A stretch of 64,000 bases of DNA from the NCBI GenBank assembly GCA_050012475.1, contig JBEKHC010000001.1:32001-96000 (forward strand). Direction: 5' to 3'. Of this stretch, positions 50,316 to 58,477 are shown piece by piece (position 1 is the first letter of the stretch; each line of letters starts with the position of its first letter). The notes beneath the pieces are model-generated. The model did no database searches. It had not been told where the DNA came from and saw nothing but the letters and a program-made list of their open reading frames with translations. This DNA comes from Candidatus Velthaea sp. (GTDB lineage Bacteria; Vulcanimicrobiota; Vulcanimicrobiia; Vulcanimicrobiales; Vulcanimicrobiaceae). Made by a program: the position numbers and the translations under genes.

Positions 50316-51764
50316 ATGATGCGCAATGGATGGTCGGACCTAGCCGTTGAGATCGATCGCACGAGCGCCGTGCCCATCTACCGTCAAATCGTCGAGCGTT
50401 TGCGCGAACTGATTCTGACCGGCGCGCTGCCCGAGGGAACGCGGCTGCCGCCGGAGCGAAGTCTGGCGGCCGTTCTCACCGTCAATCGCAGCACCGTCGT
50501 GCACGCCTACCGCGATCTCGCGGTCAGCGGATTGATCGACCAGCGCGTCGGATCGGGTTCACGGGTCGCCGTACTCGAGCCCGATCATCCCGAGCGCAGC
50601 GCGGTGGTCCCGTGGTGGCAGACACTGCCGCCTTGGCGCTCGGGCCGGCCTCCGGCGCTGCTCGAAGAACTCGCGGCCGTCGAACGCCGCGACCGCATCG
50701 CCTTCGTCGCCGGCATTCCGCCGCCGGATCCATCGCCGCACGGCGATTTGGGGCGATCGTTCGCTCGGGTGGCCGAAAATCACCGAGCGGTCGCGGGCTA
50801 CGGCGAAAGCGAAGGCTACCCTCCGCTGCGCGAGGCAATCGCCGAACGCTTGCGCTTCCGCGGCGTGCGCAGCACCGCCGCCGACGTGCTCGTGCTGACC
50901 GGATCGACGCAAGGCATCGCGCTCGTCGCGCAAGCGTTGGCCGAACCGGGCGACGAAATCGTCGTCGAAGCGCCAACGTATCCGGGTGCGCTGCAAATCT
51001 TTGCCGTGCAGGGTCTGCGCGCGGTCGCCGTGCCCGTCGATGAAAGCGGGCTGCGCGTCGATCACCTCGAGGCCGTGCTGAGCGCTCGCCGGCCGCGCTT
51101 CATTTACACGATGCCCGCCCTGCACAATCCGACCGGCGTAACCCTGAGCGAAGCACGGCGCGAACGGCTCATCGCGCTGGCCGCGCGCGCCGGCGTGCCG
51201 ATCGTCGAGGACGATCCGTACGGCGACCTGGCGCCGGCGCACAGCACCCCGCTCGTTGCGCGCAACCCCGCCGGCGTCATCCACCTGGGCAGCTTCAGCA
51301 AGACGATCGCGCCGTCGCTGCGGCTGGGATATGCGTGCGCCCCGCGCACGATCTACGAGCGTCTGCGGCTGCGGAAACAGGCCGGCGACCTGGCGACCTC
51401 GATGTACGTTCAAGCCGCCGTGCGTGATTATTTGCTGACCGTCTACGACGCGCATTTGCCGCGGCTGCGGGCCGAACTGGAGGCGCGCCGCGCGGTCGCC
51501 CTGGATGCCGTCGACACCTATTGGCCCGCTTCGATGCACATCGTGCGGAACGGCTCCGGATTCTATCTTTGGGTGACCGCGCCGGACGGCGTGCGCGCGA
51601 GTGCGCTGCTCGAGGCTGCCGAGCGCCGTGGTGCGTCGTTCCTGTGCGGCGAACCGTTTTTCGCGCCGCCCGGCGGCGAGCGCAATTTTCGTCTCGCGAT
51701 CACCCCGATGCCGGCGGCCGCAATTGCCGAGGGCATCCGGCGCATCGGCTCCGCTCTCGGTTGA
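50316..51764 (+). CDS. MocR/GabR-family regulator (GntR HTH plus PLP aminotransferase domain)
   Basis: PIYRQI, RLPPERSLA, VNRSTV..AY, EDDPY, GSFSK. Confidence 0.92.
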   Translation: MMRNGWSDLAVEIDRTSAVPIYRQIVERLRELILTGALPEGTRLPPERSLAAVLTVNRSTVVHAYRDLAVSGLIDQRVGSGSRVAVLEPDHPERSAVVPWWQTLPPWRSGRPPALLEELAAVERRDRIAFVAGIPPPDPSPHGDLGRSFARVAENHRAVAGYGESEGYPPLREAIAERLRFRGVRSTAADVLVLTGSTQGIALVAQALAEPGDEIVVEAPTYPGALQIFAVQGLRAVAVPVDESGLRVDHLEAVLSARRPRFIYTMPALHNPTGVTLSEARRERLIALAARAGVPIVEDDPYGDLAPAHSTPLVARNPAGVIHLGSFSKTIAPSLRLGYACAPRTIYERLRLRKQAGDLATSMYVQAAVRDYLLTVYDAHLPRLRAELEARRAVALDAVDTYWPASMHIVRNGSGFYLWVTAPDGVRASALLEAAERRGASFLCGEPFFAPPGGERNFRLAITPMPAAAIAEGIRRIGSALG

Positions 51765-52666
51765 CGACGGCGTCCGGCGCGCTGCTCGCGTGGTACGCGC
51801 GTTTCGGACGCACGCATCTGCCGTGGCGGCGCACGCGCGACCCGTATGCGATCGTCGTCGCCGAATTCATGCTGCAGCAGACCCAAGTCGATCGCGTGCT
51901 GCCGCTGTATGCTGCGTTTGTCGAACGTTTCGGCACGTTTGAAGCCCTCGCTGCGTCCGACGCCGGCGACGTGATGCGCGCTTGGCGGGGGCTGGGCTAC
52001 AATTCGCGCGCGCAGCGGTTGCGGCTATTGGCGCAAACCGTCGTGCGCGAGCATCGGGGAGCGCTGCCGCGCGAGCGCGACGCCTTGCTCGCGCTGCCCG
52101 GTATCGGTCCGTACACGGCGGCAGCCGTGCGCGCCTTCGCGTTCGACGAAGACGATGTTGCGCTCGACACCAACATTCGCCGGGTCGTGCACCGGCTGCG
52201 GTTCGGACTCGAGTTTCCGGCCCGCGCGAGCGAGCGCGCCGTAGACGCCGCCGCGACGGCGCTGGTCCCAGCGGGACGCGGCCACGATTGGAACTCGGCG
52301 ATGATGGACTTGGGCGCGACGATCTGCACGTCGCGCGCGCCCAAGTGTTTGCTGTGCCCGCTGGCCAAGGACTGCGCCGCCGCGCCGATCGACGCACCCC
52401 GGCTCGCGGAGCTGGCGAAAACGGCGGCGCGCCGTTCGCCCCAGGAAGCGCTGCCGTTCGTCCGGACGACGCGCTTCTTGCGCGGCCGAATCATCGATCG
52501 GCTGCGTGACCTGCCGGCAGCCGCCGGTTTAACGCTCGACGAGTTGCAGGTCGATCTGCGCGCGGCCGTGCCCGCCGACCGGCTTGCCGAGATTCCCGCG
52601 CTCGTTCGCGCGCTCGTTAGCGAGGGCTTGGTGGTGCTCGACGAGCGCGGCGTTCGCTTGCGGTGA
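51761..52666 (+). CDS. mutY: A/G-specific adenine glycosylase (short form)
   Basis: LPWR, EFMLQQT, WRGLGY, LPGIGPYTA, LDTN, 4Fe-4S C-x6-C-x2-C-x5-C. Confidence 0.88.
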   Translation: MTTASGALLAWYARFGRTHLPWRRTRDPYAIVVAEFMLQQTQVDRVLPLYAAFVERFGTFEALAASDAGDVMRAWRGLGYNSRAQRLRLLAQTVVREHRGALPRERDALLALPGIGPYTAAAVRAFAFDEDDVALDTNIRRVVHRLRFGLEFPARASERAVDAAATALVPAGRGHDWNSAMMDLGATICTSRAPKCLLCPLAKDCAAAPIDAPRLAELAKTAARRSPQEALPFVRTTRFLRGRIIDRLRDLPAAAGLTLDELQVDLRAAVPADRLAEIPALVRALVSEGLVVLDERGVRLR

Positions 52667-52679
52667 TTCGGGCGTCACC

Positions 52680-53225
52680 TCAGCCGAACCAGGCCGGCAG
52701 GTCCGCGTAGCGCTCTTCTTTCCACGGGTCGCCGTCGTTGTGGTAGCCGCGAACCTCCCAAAACCCCTTGACGTCGTGGTCGAGAAACTCCAGCCCGTTG
52801 ATCCACTTCGCACTCTTCCAAAAATAGAGCTTGGGCACGAGCATGCGGACGGGTCCACCGTGGATGGGCTCGAGCGCCTGGCCATCGAATTCGTATGCCA
52901 CCAGGCAATCCTCGCCCAGCATCGCTGCGAGCGGCAGATTCGTCGTGTAGTCGTTGTCGGCGTGCTGAACCACGTGGGTTACTCCCGCGTCGGGCCGCGC
53001 GCGTCCGACCAAATCACGAAACAGCAAGCCGCGCCATTCGGTTGAGGGGAGCGCCCGCAGCTCATCGAAACTCAGCGCGAACGGCTCGTCGACCAGCCCG
53101 AAGACGCGCAAGCGCCACGTTGCCCGGTCGAAGCGCGGTACGTTGCCCACGTGCAGTACCGGAAAGCCGGTCGTGACGGCTTGGCCGGGCGGTACCGTCG
53201 CGTCTTTTTGTTTGAAGAACGGCAT
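52680..53225 (-). CDS. Sulfite-oxidase-like molybdopterin protein (YuiH/MsrP-like) lacking the Cys-ligand segment
   Basis: PPGQ, FPVLH, YTTNLPL, HGGPVR, YFWKSAKW, GFWE.RGYH..GDPW.EERY; no HCVT motif. Confidence 0.85.
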   Translation of the reverse strand: MPFFKQKDATVPPGQAVTTGFPVLHVGNVPRFDRATWRLRVFGLVDEPFALSFDELRALPSTEWRGLLFRDLVGRARPDAGVTHVVQHADNDYTTNLPLAAMLGEDCLVAYEFDGQALEPIHGGPVRMLVPKLYFWKSAKWINGLEFLDHDVKGFWEVRGYHNDGDPWKEERYADLPAWFG

Positions 53226-53278
53226 GCCGCATCCGACGTCCGCGAAGGCAGCAAGAGTTGCGCCGCCAACGTTTGGGC

Positions 53279-53971
53279 GTGGCCATTCCGTTTCCGACCC
53301 GTAAAGTAACGCGCAAGGTCGCGCTCGCCGAGCTCGCGATTCTCGAAGCCGCGTATCCGGCTGCGGTCACCGCGCTGAACTATCGTAACCCGTTCGAGTT
53401 GCTCGTCGCGGTCATTCTGTCGGCCCAGTGCACGGACGCGCGCGTGAATCTCACCACGCCCGCGCTGTTTGCGGCCTATCCCGACGCGGCGGCCTTGGCG
53501 GGCGCGAACCTCGAAGACGTCGAGAAGATCATCAAATCGTGCGGTTTCTTTCGCATGAAGGCGAAGAATATCGTCAACGCGGCGCGCGCGCTGGCCGAGC
53601 GGCACGGCGGCGAGGTGCCGCGCGAACGCGAAGAGCTCGAAGCGCTGCCCGGCGTCGGGCGAAAAACCGCCGCCGTCGTGCTCTCGGTCGCCTTCGAGGG
53701 CGCGGCCTTTGCGGTCGACACGCACGTCTTCCGGGTCGCCCACCGGTTGGGACTGACGGTCGGGAAAACGCCGCGCGCCGTCGAGGACGATGTGACCAAG
53801 CTCGTTCCGCCCGCGCAGTGGCGGCACGCTCACCATTGGCTAATCCTACACGGCCGCGCGATCTGCAAAGCACCGACGCCATGGTGCGATCGCTGCCCGG
53901 TCACGATGTGCCCGTCGCGCTCGCTGGTGGCAAAGTTCAAGCGCGACGCTCTGCGCGCCCGCACGGCCTGA
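53279..53971 (+). CDS. nth: Endonuclease III
   Basis: LSAQCTD, LPGVGRKTA, VDTHV, HGRAIC...C..C....C. Confidence 0.94.
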   Translation: MAIPFPTRKVTRKVALAELAILEAAYPAAVTALNYRNPFELLVAVILSAQCTDARVNLTTPALFAAYPDAAALAGANLEDVEKIIKSCGFFRMKAKNIVNAARALAERHGGEVPREREELEALPGVGRKTAAVVLSVAFEGAAFAVDTHVFRVAHRLGLTVGKTPRAVEDDVTKLVPPAQWRHAHHWLILHGRAICKAPTPWCDRCPVTMCPSRSLVAKFKRDALRARTA

Positions 53972-53981
53972 AGCCCGGGGT

Positions 53982-54488
53982 TCAGAAGCGCATCGGGCCG
54001 GGCGCGTCGAGGTGCGGCGGACGCGGAAGCTCGGCGTCGCCCGCAATGGCCTTGAGCAGGCCGGCCGCGGTCAGCGCTTCCCCGTAGCCGGGCTCGGTCG
54101 AAAGCTTCGAGAGATTGAGCAGGGCCGGAGCATCCGAGCCGGCGTCGAACTGGTATTCGCCATCCAGGTCCAGGCCGCTCACGAGGACGAGCTGCCGCTC
54201 GCTGTCGAGATCGAGGGCAACGCGCCGGCCCGCGAAGCGCAGGCGCAGGCGCAGTGGTTTTTCGAGCCGGACGAAGGTCACGCCGTTTTTGCCCAAGATC
54301 GAATTGAGCCGCCTCGACCCGAGCGCGAGCGCCTCGGCTAGGGCCGCGAACGCGGCTTCGGCGTCGCCGGCATCGCCGGCCGGGGCATTTTGCGTCGCCG
54401 AATCGATCGCCGCGCCGAGGTCGGCGCGGGCGCGCAGTTTCATCGCCATCGCCACGATTGGGTTTTGTTCGGGCTGGTCGTCGTTCAT
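53982..54488 (-). CDS. Hypothetical protein
   Basis: Coding-like ORF filling the gap between nth and SRPBCC gene; start uncertain. Confidence 0.65.
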   Translation of the reverse strand: MNDDQPEQNPIVAMAMKLRARADLGAAIDSATQNAPAGDAGDAEAAFAALAEALALGSRRLNSILGKNGVTFVRLEKPLRLRLRFAGRRVALDLDSERQLVLVSGLDLDGEYQFDAGSDAPALLNLSKLSTEPGYGEALTAAGLLKAIAGDAELPRPPHLDAPGPMRF

Positions 54489-54613
54489 CGCTAGTTTGCC
54501 ATCCTTGCCATCGCGATTCTTTCCGCTCACCTGGCCAGCGTGCCCGTCAGCTTCGCCGTCCGCTCGCGTTCCGGCGGGATTCTGATCGGCAGATGGCTGA
54601 TGCGTGACGCCGT

Positions 54614-55060
54614 ATGAAGTGGGAGCAAGGGGCGTCGGCGATCTCGAGCGCGCCTCCGCAGGCAGTTTGGGACGTCCTGCTCGACGGGCGGCGCTGGAGC
54701 TTTTGGAATCCCGGCGCCGAGTGGATGTGGCTGGAGGGCGCGGTCGAGCCGGGGACGCTCGTCACGATCAAACTTCAAGGCGTCAGGCAGACGGCGCTGC
54801 GGATCGTGGAAGCGCGTCCGCCGCAGTGCTTTGCGCTTGCTTTGGCGATCGGACCAATCGCCCGGTTCGAGATCGTCTGGACGCTCGCCATACAAGGGAG
54901 CGGCACGCGCATCGATACGGCCGTCGCGATTGCGGGGATTGCTGCGGGCTGGCTGCTGCGGCGCCCGGCGCAGCGGGTGGCGGAGGCGCTGCCCGGGCAT
55001 GTCGAACGGCTGGCTGCCCGCGCTCAGGAGGAGGAAGAAAAAAACGCGCGGCTCCAATGA
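54614..55060 (+). CDS. SRPBCC (START/polyketide cyclase-like) protein
   Basis: SAPPQAVWDVLLD...W..WNP motif and C-terminal helix. Confidence 0.8.
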   Translation: MKWEQGASAISSAPPQAVWDVLLDGRRWSFWNPGAEWMWLEGAVEPGTLVTIKLQGVRQTALRIVEARPPQCFALALAIGPIARFEIVWTLAIQGSGTRIDTAVAIAGIAAGWLLRRPAQRVAEALPGHVERLAARAQEEEEKNARLQ

Positions 55061-55068
55061 ACCGCGCG
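55038..55068 (-). terminator. Intrinsic terminator on the minus strand
   Basis: Minus strand cgcgcggttc-attg-gagccgcgcg followed by T7; the U.G pair forms only on the minus transcript. Confidence 0.8.
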
Positions 55069-55108
55069 CGAATGAGGAATTATTGCTTTATTGAACCGGT
55101 TGAAGAAC

Positions 55109-55159
55109 CTACTTCTTCATTTTCTTTCCAGCCTTCTTCGCTTTTTTCTTTTTTGCCAT
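55109..55159 (-). CDS. 16-aa lysine-rich micropeptide MAKKKKAKKAGKKMKK
   Basis: GGGGGTGA RBS 7 nt before ATG, TAG stop, own terminator about 40 nt downstream. Confidence 0.7.
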   Translation of the reverse strand: MAKKKKAKKAGKKMKK

Positions 55160-55392
55160 GTGATCATCACCCCCTGGTCTGTTAAAATTGACAGCCGGCG
55201 TTGGACGGCGGTTGTACCGAATAAACGCAGTGTACTCTCGGGCAGTTCCGCGAACCGCGGACCAACCCTGCGAATTTGATTAGAATCCAATGATGACGAG
55301 CAAGGGTAAACTTGTCGTCAAATTCGGCATGCTCCGGCTTTCGCGGAGCGCATGCCGGGTTATGCTTCGCCTTACGTGGAAACCATGGGTGG

Positions 55393-56403
55393 ATGCCGAT
55401 CATCGAGACCCGCGACCTGCGCAAAGTTTTTCGGTCGCTCAAACGCGAGTCGGGGGTTCTCGGTACGCTGACGACGTTGTTTTCGCGCACGTACGAAGAG
55501 AAGGTCGCCGTCGACAACGTTACGATGTCGCTCGACGCGGGCGAACTCGTCGGCTACATCGGACCGAATGGAGCCGGCAAATCGACGACGATCAAGATGC
55601 TGACCGGCATTCTCGTTCCGACCTCGGGTACGATTCATGTCGCCGGCTTGGTGCCGCACGAAAAACGCAGTCAGAACGCGGCGAACATTGGGGTAGTTTT
55701 CGGTCAACGCAGTCAGCTGTACTGGGACCTCCCGCTGCGCGAATCGTTCGAGCTGCTGCGGGCGATTTACGGCGTGCCGCGCGACCGCTACCGACAGAAC
55801 CTCGCCCACTTCGCCGAAATCCTCGATCTCGATCGCTTCATGGCCACGCCCGTTCGCCAGCTGTCATTGGGCGAACGGATGCGCGGCGACTTTGCTGCCG
55901 CGATGCTGCACGATCCGCAGATCGTGTACCTCGACGAGCCGACGATCGGCCTGGACGTGGTGGCCAAGGAAGCAATTCGCAATTTCATCTGCGAGATAAA
56001 CAGCGAGCGCGGCACGACCGTCATTCTCACGACGCACGATCTCGCCGACGTCGAGCGGCTGTGCAATCGGATCGTCCTCATCGACAAAGGCACGATCATT
56101 TACGACGGCTCGGTCGAACGGCTGCGGACCGAGTACGGAACGCACCGCACGCTCGTCGTAACCCTCGCCGAATCGTACGCTGACGTCGACGTCGAGGGCG
56201 CCGAATTCGACGGCCGCGAAGGCAACGTCGTTCGCTTGCGCTTCGACCGCCGCACCTTGAGCGCTGAAGCGCTGATCCGCCGGGTCACCGAACGCTTCGC
56301 CATCACGGACGTCTCGATCATCGAACCGGATATCGAAACGATCGTCCGCCGCATCTACGTCGAGGGTTATCAGGAGCAGCTGCCCGCGACGCAAACGCTG
56401 TGA
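55393..56403 (+). CDS. ABC exporter ATP-binding protein
   Basis: GPNGAGKST, GVVFGQRSQL.WDLP, LSLGERMR, LDEPTIGLD. Confidence 0.93.
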   Translation: MPIIETRDLRKVFRSLKRESGVLGTLTTLFSRTYEEKVAVDNVTMSLDAGELVGYIGPNGAGKSTTIKMLTGILVPTSGTIHVAGLVPHEKRSQNAANIGVVFGQRSQLYWDLPLRESFELLRAIYGVPRDRYRQNLAHFAEILDLDRFMATPVRQLSLGERMRGDFAAAMLHDPQIVYLDEPTIGLDVVAKEAIRNFICEINSERGTTVILTTHDLADVERLCNRIVLIDKGTIIYDGSVERLRTEYGTHRTLVVTLAESYADVDVEGAEFDGREGNVVRLRFDRRTLSAEALIRRVTERFAITDVSIIEPDIETIVRRIYVEGYQEQLPATQTL

Positions 56404-57212
56404 TCTCGGCCGGCGCTCGATTTCGCCTCGAACCGTATGTCGAGTTCGCGAAAAAGGCGATCTCGCGCGAGGCGACCTACCGGTTCGACGTCTTCACCAG
56501 CATCGGCTCGCTCGCCGTTCGCGTCTATCTGCTGCGCATGGTGTGGACCGCGTTGTACGCCCACAACGCTGCGCCCGGCGATTTGCCGCTGCACGCCATC
56601 ATCACCTATTCAACGGTGGCGCTGCTGATGGGGCTCGTGCTCGATATCGACCAGACGCGCATCCTCCACGACAAGCTTCACGACGGCAGCATCGCCGGCG
56701 ATTTCATGAAGCCGATCAGCGTGCCGCTGTATTTGTTCAGTGACGGAACGGGGGAAGTGCTCTTCCACGCCTTTCTGATCGTGCCCGCGCTGCTGTTGTC
56801 GCTGCTTCTGGTGCACATCGACGTCCCGGCTCCAGCGGTCCTCGCTGCGTTTGGTCTGAGCTTTTTGCTCGGTTATTTCGTCGGCTTTTTCATCAACTTC
56901 ATTCTCAACTGCGTTGCGTTCTGGACGCTCGAAATCTCGGGCGTGCAAATGATCCTGACGTGGGTGACCGATCTCTTGGGCGGCGGCATCATCCCGTTGA
57001 TCTTGTTCCCGCTGGGTCTGCAGAAGGTCATCTTTGCTTTGCCGTTCGCCGCGATGTTCTCGACGCCGCTGCTCATCTACGTCGGCCGGATCCCTCCCGC
57101 CGGCTATCTCGCCGCGTTCGGCGTGCAGTCGCTGTGGTTGCTTCTGCTTGCCGGCGTCGCGACGATCATCTGGCGAGCGGGGGCGCGCCGGGTCGTGGTG
57201 CAAGGCGGATGA
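56400..57212 (+). CDS. ABC-2 family permease
   Basis: DGSIA...KP, GG.IPL..FP, C-terminal VVQGG. Confidence 0.88.
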   Translation: MISAGARFRLEPYVEFAKKAISREATYRFDVFTSIGSLAVRVYLLRMVWTALYAHNAAPGDLPLHAIITYSTVALLMGLVLDIDQTRILHDKLHDGSIAGDFMKPISVPLYLFSDGTGEVLFHAFLIVPALLLSLLLVHIDVPAPAVLAAFGLSFLLGYFVGFFINFILNCVAFWTLEISGVQMILTWVTDLLGGGIIPLILFPLGLQKVIFALPFAAMFSTPLLIYVGRIPPAGYLAAFGVQSLWLLLLAGVATIIWRAGARRVVVQGG

Positions 57213-58024
57213 CGCCCAAACTGCGGATGATGTTCGACGTCTACGCGCAATACTGGCGGATCAATCTGCTCACGACGCTCGAGTATCGCGCCAACTTCTT
57301 TATCTGGCTGGTCTTTACGTTCGTCTATCACGGGACCGCGATCGCGGCGCTGTACATCATCCTGCAGACATTTCCTTCGATGAACGGCTGGTCGTTTCGC
57401 GACATGGCGTTCTTGTACGGTCTGTGGATGCTGGGTCACGCCTTGAACAACACGTTCTTCAACTCGGTAGGCGACATCCCCGAGCATATCCGCGACGGCG
57501 AGTTCGATCGCTTTCTCGTGCGCCCGCTCGACGCGCTTTTTCAAGTGATCACCTTGCCCGGGCAGATATTCCCCGACGAGCTCGTCCTCGCCGTCAGCTA
57601 TTTTTGCGCGGCGGTCTGGTACGGCCACGTCCACGTCGATGCCGGATTCGTCATGCTCGTGCCGCTGATCGCGGCCGGCGGCGCGCTCATCGACCTCGGC
57701 ATCGGTTTGCTCATCTCGACGGTTGCCTTTTGGTTCATTCGCGTCGATGCGCTGCGCTGGATCGTGCTTCAGCTCGAACAGGAGTTCACCCGGTACCCGC
57801 TGACCATCTACTCGCGCGGCGTTCGGCTCGTGCTGGCCTTCGTGTTTCCGTTTGCGTTCATGAATTATTTTCCGGCGACGTTCTTTCTGCACAAAGCGGA
57901 GACCGGGCTGTCGCTTCCGCCCGCGGTCGGCCTCCTTACCCCCCTCATCGGCATCGCGTTCGTGGCCGTCGCTTACGTTTTCTGGCGCATCGGCCTCAAT
58001 CGCTATCAGGGCGTGGGCCACTAG
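57209..58024 (+). CDS. ABC-2 family permease
   Basis: EYRANF, GW, GEFDRFLVRP, YPLTIY, RYQGVG. Confidence 0.88.
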   Translation: MTPKLRMMFDVYAQYWRINLLTTLEYRANFFIWLVFTFVYHGTAIAALYIILQTFPSMNGWSFRDMAFLYGLWMLGHALNNTFFNSVGDIPEHIRDGEFDRFLVRPLDALFQVITLPGQIFPDELVLAVSYFCAAVWYGHVHVDAGFVMLVPLIAAGGALIDLGIGLLISTVAFWFIRVDALRWIVLQLEQEFTRYPLTIYSRGVRLVLAFVFPFAFMNYFPATFFLHKAETGLSLPPAVGLLTPLIGIAFVAVAYVFWRIGLNRYQGVGH

Positions 58025-58026
58025 CA

Positions 58027-58210
58027 GGGTGAAGCGGACTTACGTCCGCTTCACCCGTGGCGTTTTCGGGCTTCGCCCAAAGCCGCGGGTGTCGCTTTGG
58101 CCTGCACCATAAGCCGCGGTGGCGTTTTGGGCTTCGCCCAAAGCCGCGGGTGGCGTTTGGCGGTGCGCGCCGTGCCGCGGGTGGCGTTTGGCGGTGCGCG
58201 CCGAGCCGAG
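58027..58210. repeat. 13-bp hairpin plus five tandem ~30-32 bp REP-like units
   Basis: gggtgaagcggac-ttac-gtccgcttcaccc, then units of the form gt(g/t)(g/c)cg..ttt-[inner stem]-gccg(c/a)g, e.g. gtggcgttttgggcttcgcccaaagccgcgg. Confidence 0.8.
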
Positions 58211-58396
58211 GTCGCGCTTCGTAGCCTCGCGATCGACGCGTTGTCGAGCGTGACTTGCCACCTGAGCAGGACGTGTCACGCGGCGTGCCGCGCGGGTGTG
58301 TTGGGGCTCGCTTTAACGGTTGTGATGTAATGCTTGCGAGCGCGCACGCCGATCTATTCGTACACAGGACTGTGGAAAAATGTGTGTGCCTTCGGT

Positions 58397-58423
58397 TAAG
58401 TTCTTGCCCTGCTCCGCCGATAT
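58397..58423 (+). promoter_or_regulatory. Sigma28 (FliA/SigD/WhiG)-type promoter
   Basis: TAAG-N15-GCCGATAT, near the TAAA-N15-GCCGAT(A/T) consensus, 54 nt before ATG 58478. Confidence 0.7.
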
Positions 58424-58477
58424 CAGTCAGTGAGTCCTTACTCGTACTGACAACTCAAGCTTCCGCCAGGAGAACCC

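Noticed and set aside
52990..53060. Selenocysteine (TGA) replacing the Mo-ligand Cys
   Set aside because: No in-frame TGA; the whole segment is absent.
58057..58210. CRISPR array from ~31-bp palindromic units
   Set aside because: Units abut with no unique spacers and recur at other intergenic sites; this is REP-like.
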